This document shows, in pieces, positions 18,045 through 28,900 of a stretch of 64,000 nt of DNA; position 1 is the stretch's first letter, and each line of letters starts with the position of its first letter. Both the position numbers and the translations under genes were made by a program. The notes beneath the pieces are model-generated. The model did not search any database. It saw only the letters and a program-made list of their open reading frames with translations, and had not been told where the DNA came from. The stretch lies in IMG/VR virus record IMGVR_UViG_3300037245_001419, positions 62,001 through 126,000 of that record; one strand, written 5' to 3'.

Positions 18045-19862
18045 ATGTCTATAGCAAAATACGTAACACAATTCCTTAGAGAATCTAATAAGATAGTTGT
18101 ACAACCAGTGGTTGTTACTACTCAAACAGATCCTGAAGATGATGTAGAGTATGAAAGCAATATAGATACCGCAAATCTAGATGAGGCAGATCCTCATGCT
18201 GGTGGTACTATGGCAGCTGCAGATTTCAAATCTCAAATTTCTGATGAGGTAACTACTCAGAATAAGAGACAAACTGCAATCAATACTCAAGCAAGTGCAC
18301 AACAAGGTGGTTCTAAATCACATACAAGTGATATAGAGAAATCAGGAAACATATCTGATTATGAAGGTTATAAAGACAACGAGTCTACAGCGCAAGCCCA
18401 AAGACAAGCTGATCTCAATAAACTAAGCACTTTCCAACACAAAGGTTCTAAAACTTTCACATCTGATCTTGACAGTTCTAATAGCGAAAAAGCTATTAAA
18501 GATGGAAAAGATGAGACTAAGAAACTTAAAGGTAAAAGACAAGGCGATCTTTCTACACAGAAAAATACTCAATTAGGCTCTACAGAAATGTCGGGACAAA
18601 GAGATCATCATGGTGTAGATAAAAGAGAATCTATTGACTTTATCGACAAGTTTACTTTTACTGAAGGAAGACCACAGGCTGGATCTTCAAAGAATCCAGA
18701 TGTTGATCCATCTATCGGTGGCGAAGTAAAATCAGGAATTGCTGATTCTGAGAAAGTAATGGCTCAGAGATTAGCCACTCAGGAAAAGCTAAAGAGCAAA
18801 CAAGTTCAAGGCAAAAAAATAACTGCCGATGCTCAATCAACTAATAGTACTGGAACATTCACTAAAGGTGGCGACGAAGCTGACAAGCTTACTGACGCAA
18901 GAGTTAAAGAGTTAGAGAAATTTAATTCATCTCAACACGCAGGTGAAAAATCTAGAGACGCTGACCTTAAAACTTCAGACTCTTTTGCTGCAATGGTAAA
19001 AGCTGCAGGTGAAGCAGATTCACTTCAGTCTCAAAGAACATCGCATTTAGCAGCTCTTCAAGGTAGCCAACAAGCCGAATCATACAAAGATCAAGAGTCT
19101 ATGGATGTATTCAAAGGTGTTTCAAACCCGAACGTAGCATCTTCTAACCCTGCACAGGGAAAGAAAATCATAAACAAAGATAAGATCGATGCTAAATTGG
19201 AAAAACATGGTGATTACGACAATGATGACAACGACATCAATGGAATTAAGAACGCTAAAATCAGAAAGAAAATGAAAGATGAAGCTGTTTTTGATGCTGG
19301 TAATGTTAAAGGGATTGAAGGAATCGACTCTAGAGACGATGTTTCTTTGCCTGGTGGGAAGTTCAAGAAAGGCACTACCAAAACAACAACTACTAAGCAA
19401 GCCGTAGCTAACACTCCTGTGCCAAAAGAAGCTGTCGAACCAGAAGGTAAAGACGTTGAAGATGACGACAAAGAGTTCAACTTCAAGAAGAAGATGAAAG
19501 GCAAAGGTAAAGAAAAAGAAGGTGATGAGAAAGACGAAAGTCAGAACGTTACTGAATTTGGAAAAGAAGCCGAAGCCGCAGCTAAAGCAAACCTTAAGAA
19601 TGGTAAAAAAGAATCAGCTGAAGACAGAGCAGAAGCTCTAATAGATTCAATTACAGAAAAAGTAGTTGGCCTACCTTCAGATGATGTTCTTGTAGCTATG
19701 AAAGGTCTGTTAACAAAAGCAGGTGATGAGTTAGATGAATCCGTAAAGAAAGAGATGGTATTAAAAGGATATATTAATGCCTTCAATGAAATTACAGAAT
19801 CATCAAAACAGATTCTTAGAACAAGAGAAGCAAGACGAAGATTAGCAGAGCTAAGCCTATAA
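18045..19862 (+). CDS. charged low-complexity late protein with ~45-aa repeats, probable internal head or core protein
   Basis: Own late promoter, AGGAG RBS and terminator; several [ILFV]-x-E sites; R-x10-Q repeats. Confidence 0.6.
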   Translation: MSIAKYVTQFLRESNKIVVQPVVVTTQTDPEDDVEYESNIDTANLDEADPHAGGTMAAADFKSQISDEVTTQNKRQTAINTQASAQQGGSKSHTSDIEKSGNISDYEGYKDNESTAQAQRQADLNKLSTFQHKGSKTFTSDLDSSNSEKAIKDGKDETKKLKGKRQGDLSTQKNTQLGSTEMSGQRDHHGVDKRESIDFIDKFTFTEGRPQAGSSKNPDVDPSIGGEVKSGIADSEKVMAQRLATQEKLKSKQVQGKKITADAQSTNSTGTFTKGGDEADKLTDARVKELEKFNSSQHAGEKSRDADLKTSDSFAAMVKAAGEADSLQSQRTSHLAALQGSQQAESYKDQESMDVFKGVSNPNVASSNPAQGKKIINKDKIDAKLEKHGDYDNDDNDINGIKNAKIRKKMKDEAVFDAGNVKGIEGIDSRDDVSLPGGKFKKGTTKTTTTKQAVANTPVPKEAVEPEGKDVEDDDKEFNFKKKMKGKGKEKEGDEKDESQNVTEFGKEAEAAAKANLKNGKKESAEDRAEALIDSITEKVVGLPSDDVLVAMKGLLTKAGDELDESVKKEMVLKGYINAFNEITESSKQILRTREARRRLAELSL

Positions 19863-19884
19863 TCAAACTTCTTTAATAATATTC

Positions 19885-19915
19885 AGGGTAGTGTAATCGC
19901 ACTACCCTTTTTTTT
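19885..19915 (+). terminator. intrinsic terminator
   Basis: AGGGTAGTG-taatcg-CACTACCCT followed by a T run. Confidence 0.9.
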
Positions 19916-19932
19916 GTGCCTTTTTCTGGATA

Positions 19933-19940
19933 TATAAATA
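19933..19940 (+). promoter_or_regulatory. late promoter TATAAATA
   Basis: Exact motif upstream of uvsW. Confidence 0.65.
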
Positions 19941-19962
19941 ATTAATATATCTGGATTGAAAT

Positions 19963-21480
19963 ATGTTTGAAGAAGATGTAATACAACTAACTAAAGTAAA
20001 TGAGATCTATTTTAATGTAGACTGCACCATTGGTCAAAGCCTTGAACTAAAGTCTTTCTTTGAGTGCTACATAAAAGATCATAAATTTCACCCTAAGGTT
20101 AAATGCAAGATCTGGAATGGTAAGATATCATTCTTTAATTTCAAAGATCGTATGCTACCTGTAGGTCTATTAACCCCATTCTATAGTTTCTGCAAGAAGT
20201 TTAAGTATCAATATCGAATAATAGAAAACGAGATACCTTTAGTTAACACTAACATAACTCCCCCTATGATAGTAGAGGGCTGTAAACAGCTTTTCGATGG
20301 TGTTACAGACCGGAACGGTAAACCCTTAATGCCATACAACTACCAGATGAAGGCGGTACACGCAGCCGTTAAAAAGAAAAGAGGGATACTTCTATCTAGC
20401 ACTGGCTCTGGTAAATCTATGATGGCATATATAATGACCAAGATTTTCCTTAACATGGGTAAGAAGATACTCATAGTGGTTCCAACAACTACTTTAGTTT
20501 CTCAGCTATATACCGATTTTCTAGAGTACGGGTGGATGGACATATACGATAATGTATCCAAACTGTACTCAGAAGTAGAACCAGACTTCACAAAGAGCGT
20601 TCTAATCACCACATGGCAGAGTGTATATAAGAAGCACGGTTCATTCTTCCATGACTACGGTGCAGTTATCTTTGATGAGTGTCACTATAATCGTTCTGAT
20701 AGCTTAAAACGTATAGCTGCAAACTGTATTAATGCCGATTACCGTATAGGTACTACCGGAACTTTACCTGATGAGAGAGTAGATCAGTTTAATATCTATG
20801 GTTTCTTAGGGTCAGTGATCTTTGAACAGTATTCAAAGGAATTAATAGACAGGGGTATACTAGCTCAGATAGCAATTCATAACATGGTACTGAAATATCC
20901 AGAGAAATCTATAGCTGAATGTAAGAATTCAACATACCAAGAGGAGGTTGCATACATCAACAACTTCCCTGGACGTAAAAACATATACAAATTCATATTC
21001 GATAAGATAAGAGATAAACAAAACAGTCTAGTATTAGTCAATAAGATAAACACTGTTCTTGATTTGGAGAAATACTTTAAGAATACACTAGATAACAAGT
21101 ATAAAGTGTATGTCGTATATGGTGACATACCAACTGAAGTACGAGAACATGTACGTATGATGACAGAGAACAGTGAGAATGTTATTATCATATCTACATT
21201 CCAATGCTTTTCTACTGGTATAAATATCAAGAGACTACACAATATAATCTTTGGTAGTTCATACAAGTCTAAGATAAAAGTACTTCAGTCTATAGGTCGT
21301 GGTCTAAGAACCCATGAAACTAAAGACAAGATGCATTTGTTTGACATAGTAGATGACTTGAGGTGGAAAAGTAAGAATGGGATCATTCATAATAACCACC
21401 TATTCAATCATTTCATTGAGAGAACAGGACATTACACTAAACAGAACTTCAAGTTCAAAAACATTAAAATCAAATTATAA
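19963..21480 (+). CDS. uvsW: SF2 DNA helicase UvsW
   Basis: STGSGKS, TWQS, DECH, GTTGTL, STGINIKRLHN and QSIGRGLR motifs; N-terminal WNGKISFF. Confidence 0.95.
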   Translation: MFEEDVIQLTKVNEIYFNVDCTIGQSLELKSFFECYIKDHKFHPKVKCKIWNGKISFFNFKDRMLPVGLLTPFYSFCKKFKYQYRIIENEIPLVNTNITPPMIVEGCKQLFDGVTDRNGKPLMPYNYQMKAVHAAVKKKRGILLSSTGSGKSMMAYIMTKIFLNMGKKILIVVPTTTLVSQLYTDFLEYGWMDIYDNVSKLYSEVEPDFTKSVLITTWQSVYKKHGSFFHDYGAVIFDECHYNRSDSLKRIAANCINADYRIGTTGTLPDERVDQFNIYGFLGSVIFEQYSKELIDRGILAQIAIHNMVLKYPEKSIAECKNSTYQEEVAYINNFPGRKNIYKFIFDKIRDKQNSLVLVNKINTVLDLEKYFKNTLDNKYKVYVVYGDIPTEVREHVRMMTENSENVIIISTFQCFSTGINIKRLHNIIFGSSYKSKIKVLQSIGRGLRTHETKDKMHLFDIVDDLRWKSKNGIIHNNHLFNHFIERTGHYTKQNFKFKNIKIKL

Positions 21481-21483
21481 ATA
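21476..21483 (+). promoter_or_regulatory. late promoter TATAAATA
   Basis: Exact motif upstream of 21511. Confidence 0.65.
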
Positions 21484-21510
21484 ATAAGAAATACTTACAA
21501 GGAGTCTTAA

Positions 21511-21930
21511 ATGGCAAGCGTTGTATATAACAATTTTAAAGCTGCAGTAATGGGCGGTTCTTTCAATCTTAGCGCAGCAGATCCAAGTGGATACAATCTA
21601 GCACTAATGAGTGGGTATACTCCTGACGTAGATGTTGAAACTAAATATAGTGATGTTAGTTCATTTGAAACTACAGGTACTGGATACACAACAGGTGGTC
21701 AAGAACTATCAGGAATGACACTCTCAGCAGACAATACAAATGATAGAGGTGTTTGGGATGCTTTAGATGTAACCTTTTCCACATCTACAATAAATTCTGA
21801 TGGTGCGTTACTATATAAAGTATCTGGTGGCAACCTCATATGTTACATAGATTTTGGTGCATTCAAATCAAGCTCGGCAGGTGACTTCAAGATAGCATGG
21901 AATGAAAACGGCATTCTCTCTTTAAACTAA
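21511..21930 (+). CDS. putative virion structural protein
   Basis: Beta-rich G/T/S protein (GTGYTTGG..L, YIDFG, GDFKIAW) of a type common in phage tails; late promoter and AGGAG RBS. Confidence 0.65.
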   Translation: MASVVYNNFKAAVMGGSFNLSAADPSGYNLALMSGYTPDVDVETKYSDVSSFETTGTGYTTGGQELSGMTLSADNTNDRGVWDALDVTFSTSTINSDGALLYKVSGGNLICYIDFGAFKSSSAGDFKIAWNENGILSLN

Positions 21931-21943
21931 AGTAGGATTTATA

Positions 21944-22732
21944 ATGGCATCTATTACGGTATCAGGTTCAACAGATAATAAAAGTTATTTTACTATCTGC
22001 TCACCGATGGTTACAGCTGATGGCAACAATATAATCAATTGTAATAGCAGCTTACCAAATTCATACTGGGATAAAGAAACCCCATGTCATGATGGTGAGA
22101 AAGAGATGTTTAATCAATTAGAAATGGATGCATGGAATTCATTCGGTATTGATATGACTTATTATATTGCTGACTGGAATGTAGATTACGATAGAATTTA
22201 CGGTGAAGATAGAGATAGACATATATTACGTAAATTCTCATTTAAAGGATTTATACCTACATACCCAGAAGAGAAACAACGTTATACAAACTTTGGTATT
22301 GATGGGTTGGATAGTTTTTCATTCTGGTCTAATATAAGCCACTTTAGTTTTGCTTCTAGGTTTGATGATCAAGGAAGCACATGTTATGATGAATACATAG
22401 CACAGGAAGGTGACATTATAAAATTTGATTATAGTGGATTGTATTATGAAGTGATGCACGTTGTTAAATCTGCTAATCAATTTTTACAAACCCAGCACTC
22501 ATATACAATCGTTGTGAGAGTGTTCAGAGATATCCATCTAACACTCAGTCCATTGGTATCATCAGATCCATTATCTGCATTTACAGATAAGCCTAAAGAC
22601 ATATTTGATATATCGGACGACATAGATGACGAAAAATTAGATTTCCTATTTAATACGTCAGCTGCAAACGAAGAACCAATCACACCTGATCCACACCCTC
22701 CGGTAAACGACGACCCTTTTGGTGGTTGGTAA
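21944..22732 (+). CDS. gp14: neck protein gp14 homolog, copy A
   Basis: YDRIYGED, FGIDGLD, EGDIIK, YEV..V and C-terminal DDPFGGW. Confidence 0.8.
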   Translation: MASITVSGSTDNKSYFTICSPMVTADGNNIINCNSSLPNSYWDKETPCHDGEKEMFNQLEMDAWNSFGIDMTYYIADWNVDYDRIYGEDRDRHILRKFSFKGFIPTYPEEKQRYTNFGIDGLDSFSFWSNISHFSFASRFDDQGSTCYDEYIAQEGDIIKFDYSGLYYEVMHVVKSANQFLQTQHSYTIVVRVFRDIHLTLSPLVSSDPLSAFTDKPKDIFDISDDIDDEKLDFLFNTSAANEEPITPDPHPPVNDDPFGGW

Positions 22733-22734
22733 AT

Positions 22735-22742
22735 TATAAATA
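22735..22742 (+). promoter_or_regulatory. late promoter TATAAATA
   Basis: Exact motif upstream of 22780. Confidence 0.65.
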
Positions 22743-22779
22743 AAGATATAAAACATAACACTGATAACAGGAGAAACCT

Positions 22780-23106
22780 ATGTCATTTACAGAATATAAA
22801 TACACAGAAGAAACTAAAGTACAATCAGACAAAAGTAAAGATTGTATGATGGAGTCTATTAATATCGACGAAAAAGATATTAAAATGCTCAAGCTATACT
22901 CAGAGAACCAAGAAGATATTTCTATACCGTCCTTAATAGATTTAGTTCTATTAAACCTTAAAGATAAATCTGTCAAATCTGAAAATTACGATGAACTTAA
23001 GATGTTCAAAATGATAACAGTAGATGGATCGATCACAACTTCTGGTAAGACTTATCTTGAATCTGCAGATGCAAAAGAAAGACTAAAAACTATTTTAAAC
23101 GATTAG
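22780..23106 (+). CDS. hypothetical late protein
   Basis: AGGAG RBS; N-terminus MSFTEYKYTEE. Confidence 0.7.
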   Translation: MSFTEYKYTEETKVQSDKSKDCMMESINIDEKDIKMLKLYSENQEDISIPSLIDLVLLNLKDKSVKSENYDELKMFKMITVDGSITTSGKTYLESADAKERLKTILND

Positions 23107-23112
23107 GTTAAC

Positions 23113-25362
23113 ATGGGACATTTAAACAACGAAGATAAAAAAGCAATTGATTACTATAAGAAGTTTATCAAAGAACAAAGTTTAAATGATAATCCAAGTT
23201 CTTTTATATCTGTAAATGATCAAAATAGATTTAATGTAATAATTCACGAGTTGAATGCACACTTGTTTTCAGGTGGTTCATTCGACTCGTTTTTTGAACA
23301 GAAAGTCGGCAGAACCAATGGTGATATAAACCAGACTAATCTTATCAATACAATTAAGCAATATGTTAATGAAGAACTTAGTAAAATAAATAAACTTTCA
23401 TCTGCAGATTCTTTTAAGTTTGAAGATTTTCAAGATTGGGAAATAGAATTATTGAAAGGTGATTCCTTAACATTTAATGATTTAACTGAAGAACAAAAAG
23501 ATGAACTTAAAGGTCCACCTGGATCGTCATTAACTTTTAATGATTTGAATGAAGCAGAAATAAAAAAGCTTACAGGTAAAAAAGGATCTAAAGGCGACAG
23601 TGCACAACTAAAGTATCGTGGGACACATAATAAACCTCCAACATTACCCAAGCCAGGTGATATCTATAGAGACACTAGTAAGACTCCCTCAGCTGTTTAC
23701 TTGTACGATGGTAAATCTAAAAAATGGATGCTATTAGTACAAGATGGTGATTACATGGGTGGCACTCCTGGCGGTGGTGGACTTGGTGAGAATGATGTTA
23801 ACAAACTCATAAATGCAGTTATTCCACCAAAAGATTTTAATGATGCAACGTTCAACATTTTTGATAATGATGATAATACTAAAAAAATAATATTTCAAGC
23901 ATCAAATATTGCCAGTGGTAATTCTAGAGAAATTACTATGTCAGATTATGATATCGATCTAAGCACGCCTTTTTTCAATTCTGTTTCTGCAACATCAGCA
24001 GATTTTGATTCAGTAACTGCAACATCAGCAGTCATTGGAAATGAAACTCCTGGAAGAGTTTTAAAAATTGGTTCAAATGGTGAACTTCAGTTAGATACTA
24101 CAATATTTCCACCTTATATAAAAGGACAGTTATCTTATGATCCTAGTTCTTTAACAATTGTAGCCGACACTGGTATAAACGATGTTAGACTTCAATTAGG
24201 TGAAGAAGAATATTATTTGGTATATAATAATAGTGGTAATGTGATAGCAAACGGTAAAGCCTGTTTTGCATCTGGTAAAGATACAGTAAGGAAAGTGTTA
24301 ACGGTTGGATTAGCAGATGCAACATTCTTTTTTACATCAGCACAAATACTAGGATTGGCAACTCATGATATCGGTATAGATGAATTGGGACTTGTAACTA
24401 AACGGGGTATAGTTAGAGATTTTGATACTACAGGGTTCAACAGTTCGCTTGTCTGGCTAGGTACATCAGGTGATATGACAACTGAGATACCTAAGTATCC
24501 CACACAACGAATTAACATGGGTGTTAATCTTGATAGTCACGCAACTAGTGGATCTTTTTTTATTGAATCAAGTAGATTAACTAGAGCACCTATTAACGGG
24601 GCATATAGTTTTACTTCTACTGGCGTCAATGCTGGAACTTTCTGGAAAGGAGGTTTTTATGAATGGGAAACAACAAATATTACATTAGCTATTGGTGGTA
24701 GCACTACTATAGGTCAAGCAAATATAGCTAAAGCAGCCCATGTTGGTTTAGTTGCAAGTGGACCAGGTTCAGTTGTTGGTGGTGGACAAGTAGGGATGAA
24801 AGTAACAGGTGTTTTAGATAGTGAAACCGGGACTCAAACAGCAGGTGTAAGTGCAATCATAACAGACGATATAACATCATTAACATTAGATATGTATGCA
24901 GAAACATTAGAGAAATTTTCCGATGTCATTACTTATGAATTATATGTAGTCTCAGGTTCTCCGTCTAGCGCCAGCCTTACTTTTAATAGAGGCTTTAGTA
25001 AATATGATGATTTTGAAGATCGAGATTATACAATTACAGGTCTGGAAATCACATGGCAGGGTAATGCTAATAGCTCTTTAGATATAGGCTTATTGAAACA
25101 CACTACCACTGGTTGGAATTATGCAGCTGCAGGATTTACACCAGGCAATGGAGACATATGTCGTAAGAGTGTAGATCAAGCTTTAGCTGGCGATGTAGCA
25201 AATAATATAGACGGGTCATATAAGCGCACAGCTCTAAATTCATTTATAAACGGCAGATCCGGTACAGAAGGACATATAATACAAATTATAACAGGTGCGA
25301 ATAGTACAATTCAAACAATGGATGTAAGAGTAGACGCAGTAAGTGAAGTATTAGATTTTTAA
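23113..25362 (+). CDS. mosaic virion fibre or decoration protein
   Basis: Two LTFNDL-x7-L..KG repeats with short Gly-X-Y stretches, GGTPGGGG, fibre-type TFNIFDNDDNTKKIIF motif and a beta-rich C-terminus. Confidence 0.6.
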   Translation: MGHLNNEDKKAIDYYKKFIKEQSLNDNPSSFISVNDQNRFNVIIHELNAHLFSGGSFDSFFEQKVGRTNGDINQTNLINTIKQYVNEELSKINKLSSADSFKFEDFQDWEIELLKGDSLTFNDLTEEQKDELKGPPGSSLTFNDLNEAEIKKLTGKKGSKGDSAQLKYRGTHNKPPTLPKPGDIYRDTSKTPSAVYLYDGKSKKWMLLVQDGDYMGGTPGGGGLGENDVNKLINAVIPPKDFNDATFNIFDNDDNTKKIIFQASNIASGNSREITMSDYDIDLSTPFFNSVSATSADFDSVTATSAVIGNETPGRVLKIGSNGELQLDTTIFPPYIKGQLSYDPSSLTIVADTGINDVRLQLGEEEYYLVYNNSGNVIANGKACFASGKDTVRKVLTVGLADATFFFTSAQILGLATHDIGIDELGLVTKRGIVRDFDTTGFNSSLVWLGTSGDMTTEIPKYPTQRINMGVNLDSHATSGSFFIESSRLTRAPINGAYSFTSTGVNAGTFWKGGFYEWETTNITLAIGGSTTIGQANIAKAAHVGLVASGPGSVVGGGQVGMKVTGVLDSETGTQTAGVSAIITDDITSLTLDMYAETLEKFSDVITYELYVVSGSPSSASLTFNRGFSKYDDFEDRDYTITGLEITWQGNANSSLDIGLLKHTTTGWNYAAAGFTPGNGDICRKSVDQALAGDVANNIDGSYKRTALNSFINGRSGTEGHIIQIITGANSTIQTMDVRVDAVSEVLDF

Positions 25363-25386
25363 AAATAAATATGAAAAGGATAAAGT

Positions 25387-25545
25387 ATGAATGAATTTAT
25401 GATAACAGAAGATGAATTAAATGCATTAGCAAGATACCTAGAGCAAAAACCTTTAGGTGAATCAATTGAACTATACATGATACTTAAAAACATTGAAGAA
25501 ACTAGACAAACGTCGGGCGCTAAAGATCATAACGCCTACGAATAG
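25387..25545 (+). CDS. 52-aa small protein (not in the ORF track), fibre-associated type
   Basis: AAGGA RBS; MNEFMITEDELNALARYLEQKPLGESIELYMILKNIEETRQTSGAKDHNAYE*. Confidence 0.65.
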   Translation: MNEFMITEDELNALARYLEQKPLGESIELYMILKNIEETRQTSGAKDHNAYE

Positions 25546-25567
25546 TAAACATTCGAAAAACTAATAA

Positions 25568-25575
25568 TATAAATA
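25568..25575 (+). promoter_or_regulatory. late promoter TATAAATA
   Basis: Exact motif upstream of 25602. Confidence 0.65.
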
Positions 25576-25601
25576 CTACCAATAATAAGTAGGAGAATAA
25601 T

Positions 25602-25943
25602 ATGGCTATTATTGAATTATCAGCAAACTATAATCACACTCTTTTTAATGTTAAAGAAGATGCATTTGTTAGTGTTACTAGTGCTGCAACAACTGATTGG
25701 TATTCAATGCCAGAAGGTATTCAAACCGTTGAAGTCGAACTTGCACCAGAACTAGGTGCACAGGCAAAAATACAAGCAACTATAGATACTGCGGCTGTTG
25801 TAGCCGATACTGCAGACGGTGTAGATTGGCCTTCAGGTTCAGTATCAGAACGCACACAAGACTCTTTAAATGGTGGTTCTTATATTAGAATGGTAGTAGA
25901 CGTTGGCACAGCTAAGATGATTTTACGAGGCATTAGAGCGTAA
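25602..25943 (+). CDS. putative structural protein
   Basis: AGGAG RBS, late promoter, TAATG-coupled to the next gene. Confidence 0.65.
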   Translation: MAIIELSANYNHTLFNVKEDAFVSVTSAATTDWYSMPEGIQTVEVELAPELGAQAKIQATIDTAAVVADTADGVDWPSGSVSERTQDSLNGGSYIRMVVDVGTAKMILRGIRA

Positions 25944-28900
25944 TGAGTATATGGAAAGGCTTTTGGTTTGGGGGAAGTGTAACAGTCCCCGGAATAAGAT
26001 TGGTAGGTGGGTACGTTCTAAATACAGGAACAACCATGGACTTAAATTACGAGCTTAGATATTTTGTTATAGATGATAGTGGCAATAGACACCCATCAAT
26101 AGGTTACGAAGTGCAATCATTTACATATTCGTATGGGCAAAATGATGTCAATATAACCTCTGGTGCACAATCTAGAGATGTTACAATTAATGTTGCAGAA
26201 ACATTTAATATTATATCAACTTCAGGGTTTTCTTTTATAGTTAACCCTGAGCTGTCCGCAACATTATCAGGCGGTGCATGGTCAGATGACGTTCCAGATC
26301 AACTAATAAATACAGACTATACTTTAGTTAACCTAGAAGACAATATTAATTTTCAAGGTGACAATACTGTAATATATACATTAACTGATCCTAATGCAGA
26401 TACATTTTCAGCCGATAATACAATAGTATTACGATATACTCCCGACATTTATATTGTTGCAGTTGATAATAATGCAAATGTCACAGACCCTGTTGAAACC
26501 CCGGAATATCAAGTAGATCTTACTTATGTTTTAGGTGGCGTATTTACAACAAGCGCTGGATTAGAATGGACTGGTGGAACATCTGCAACAGAACCTGCAG
26601 TATCACTACAACCAGGTGATAATAATTTAGTTGTAGGCCCATACCCTGATGACTTTGGTAATGAAGAAAGTTCATTTGCTCAACTAGTAACTAAAGTACC
26701 ATCACTTAATTATGTAGGACTTACTTCAATTGATGCTGAAACATTTGGTACAAGTTATACAGCCACATCAGGATTAGAAATTGATGTAGATGTAGGCGCA
26801 CCTTATGCTACTGCAATAGATGAGACTTTTATATTTACAAGTGGTGACTATAGAACATATGACTTCGACCTTAGCTATAGCTATCCATCACAACCAAGTG
26901 CAAGCGCAACTACTTCAGTTTCTATTGATTACACTGAATTAGCACCCACATTAGATGACCTTCGCATAAACGATGGTTTAGTTGCAGACCTTAAATTTTC
27001 CCCGCATTATGAATCAATTGCAGATACAACAGTCACACCTAAACAAGATACTCAGAGCGGTGTTTCAATCGCAATGACTGGTTCGGGAACTAATAAACTT
27101 ACATACGATCCAGATCAGCCAAACACAGGTTCACTGTCTAGACGATTTTATAATGGTCAAACAATGTACCAACGTGAAAGAGCTTGGTGGGTCAATAACG
27201 GTGACGACTTCGTACCTGCTATACGGTATGAATCTTCTTTTAATGGTGTTGACGATAAGATTGAAATAGTTGGCTCTGAGGCTTGGATGCCTACAGGTTC
27301 AGATTGGACTTATCACCTAACAGATCGAGTAACAACTTTAGAAATTGGCACTCTACTATCTAAAGGTATTAATGGATCTGGAAATGAAACAGAAATAAAC
27401 ATGAATGGTACAGGTGAATTGTCACTAGTATATGGCGGTGTTAGTTGTGGAGTTATTGCAACACAGGAAGCAGATATTTACAATTTTATCACACTGAAGT
27501 ACAATTCAACTAGCAAAGAAATAACAGTATGGTTTGACGGTGAAGTATTGATTGATGCATTTGATGTAACAGGTGCACAAAGCAATACAAGTACTATAGT
27601 TAAGCACTGCCGAAGAACAGGTGCAAGCACTTTTGATAATTATCTAAATGGGTATTGTCATCATGATAGATACTACGATAAAATGTTTGATAATAAACAT
27701 AAAGATGCTTTCTTTTATAATGTTTACTTCTCTTTCATGATTCCTTTTAGTGGTGATTCTACTGGCGGTGGTGTATATCGTTACCTGAATAACCACTACT
27801 TATACTATGGATATGGTGATGGTGATGATGTGTTTATGATGGTAGCTAATTATGGTGGTAGAACCTTCTATGATGTATCTGTACCAGATGACTACACCGC
27901 ACCAGCGTATACAACAGGTGGACGACCAGACCTATTAGAATGGGAAACAATAGGTCACTCAACTTCCAATGTTAATCACGTCGTAGATAGATGTTTATGT
28001 AACATATACAGTAGATCACTTACACAGAATTGGGTGGGTGCTGAATACTACGAAGGCCCAGAAGTTTACTCTGAATATATGGATGCTTTAGCAGCTGAAA
28101 AAGCAATATGTGATTCCTTTAATGTGCCAATGATATTGAGTGGTACAATACCACAAGGTGTTCTAGATGGTGGTGTTGATCACTTGACCACACCTGCATA
28201 TCTGTACATGAAGCCTGTCGACGATCAGATAAAAGCAACTTATAACTCTTCAATTATTAATGATATATGGAATTCATCACTAGATGAACGTCATTGGTGG
28301 GTTTACAATGATATTAACGGAGCGTCACAAGCTGATGCATTTAATGACGATCCAAGATTTCCATCATGGGAAAACTGGAAAAGATTTTCGGACATTTCCC
28401 ACCCATCTATTGCCCAATATTATAGAATTTGTAGAAGGTGGTCTGATCTTTATGATAGTATCTTAGATGGGTTAAATTTACTACCTACATATACAGATCC
28501 TAGATTAACAGCCGATGCATATTTTGATGCGATTGATGATACAACAATAGTTTATCGAGATGAACCTACAGAGTCAGTTGAGTATATAGAAAATAAAGGA
28601 ACCGATCTATCAATACCAAATTTAAAAAATCTACGCTGTGATCACATACTACGTAGGAATGATTATGGAAACGGCATAAAATCTATAGGTGGTACAGGAC
28701 TTGGTGAAATAGCTATTGTTGACTTAGTCGATTCTAAGCTATGGAACACAGATGAATTCACTGTGTCTATAACATTTATACGTGATGTGTATAGTAAAGC
28801 ATCAGTTGATCACACAGGCTTAACCAGCAGTAATATGTGGATTGCTAACATTAACGCACCTGAGGGTGATATACTAGAATTAGCAAACCCACATAATTCA

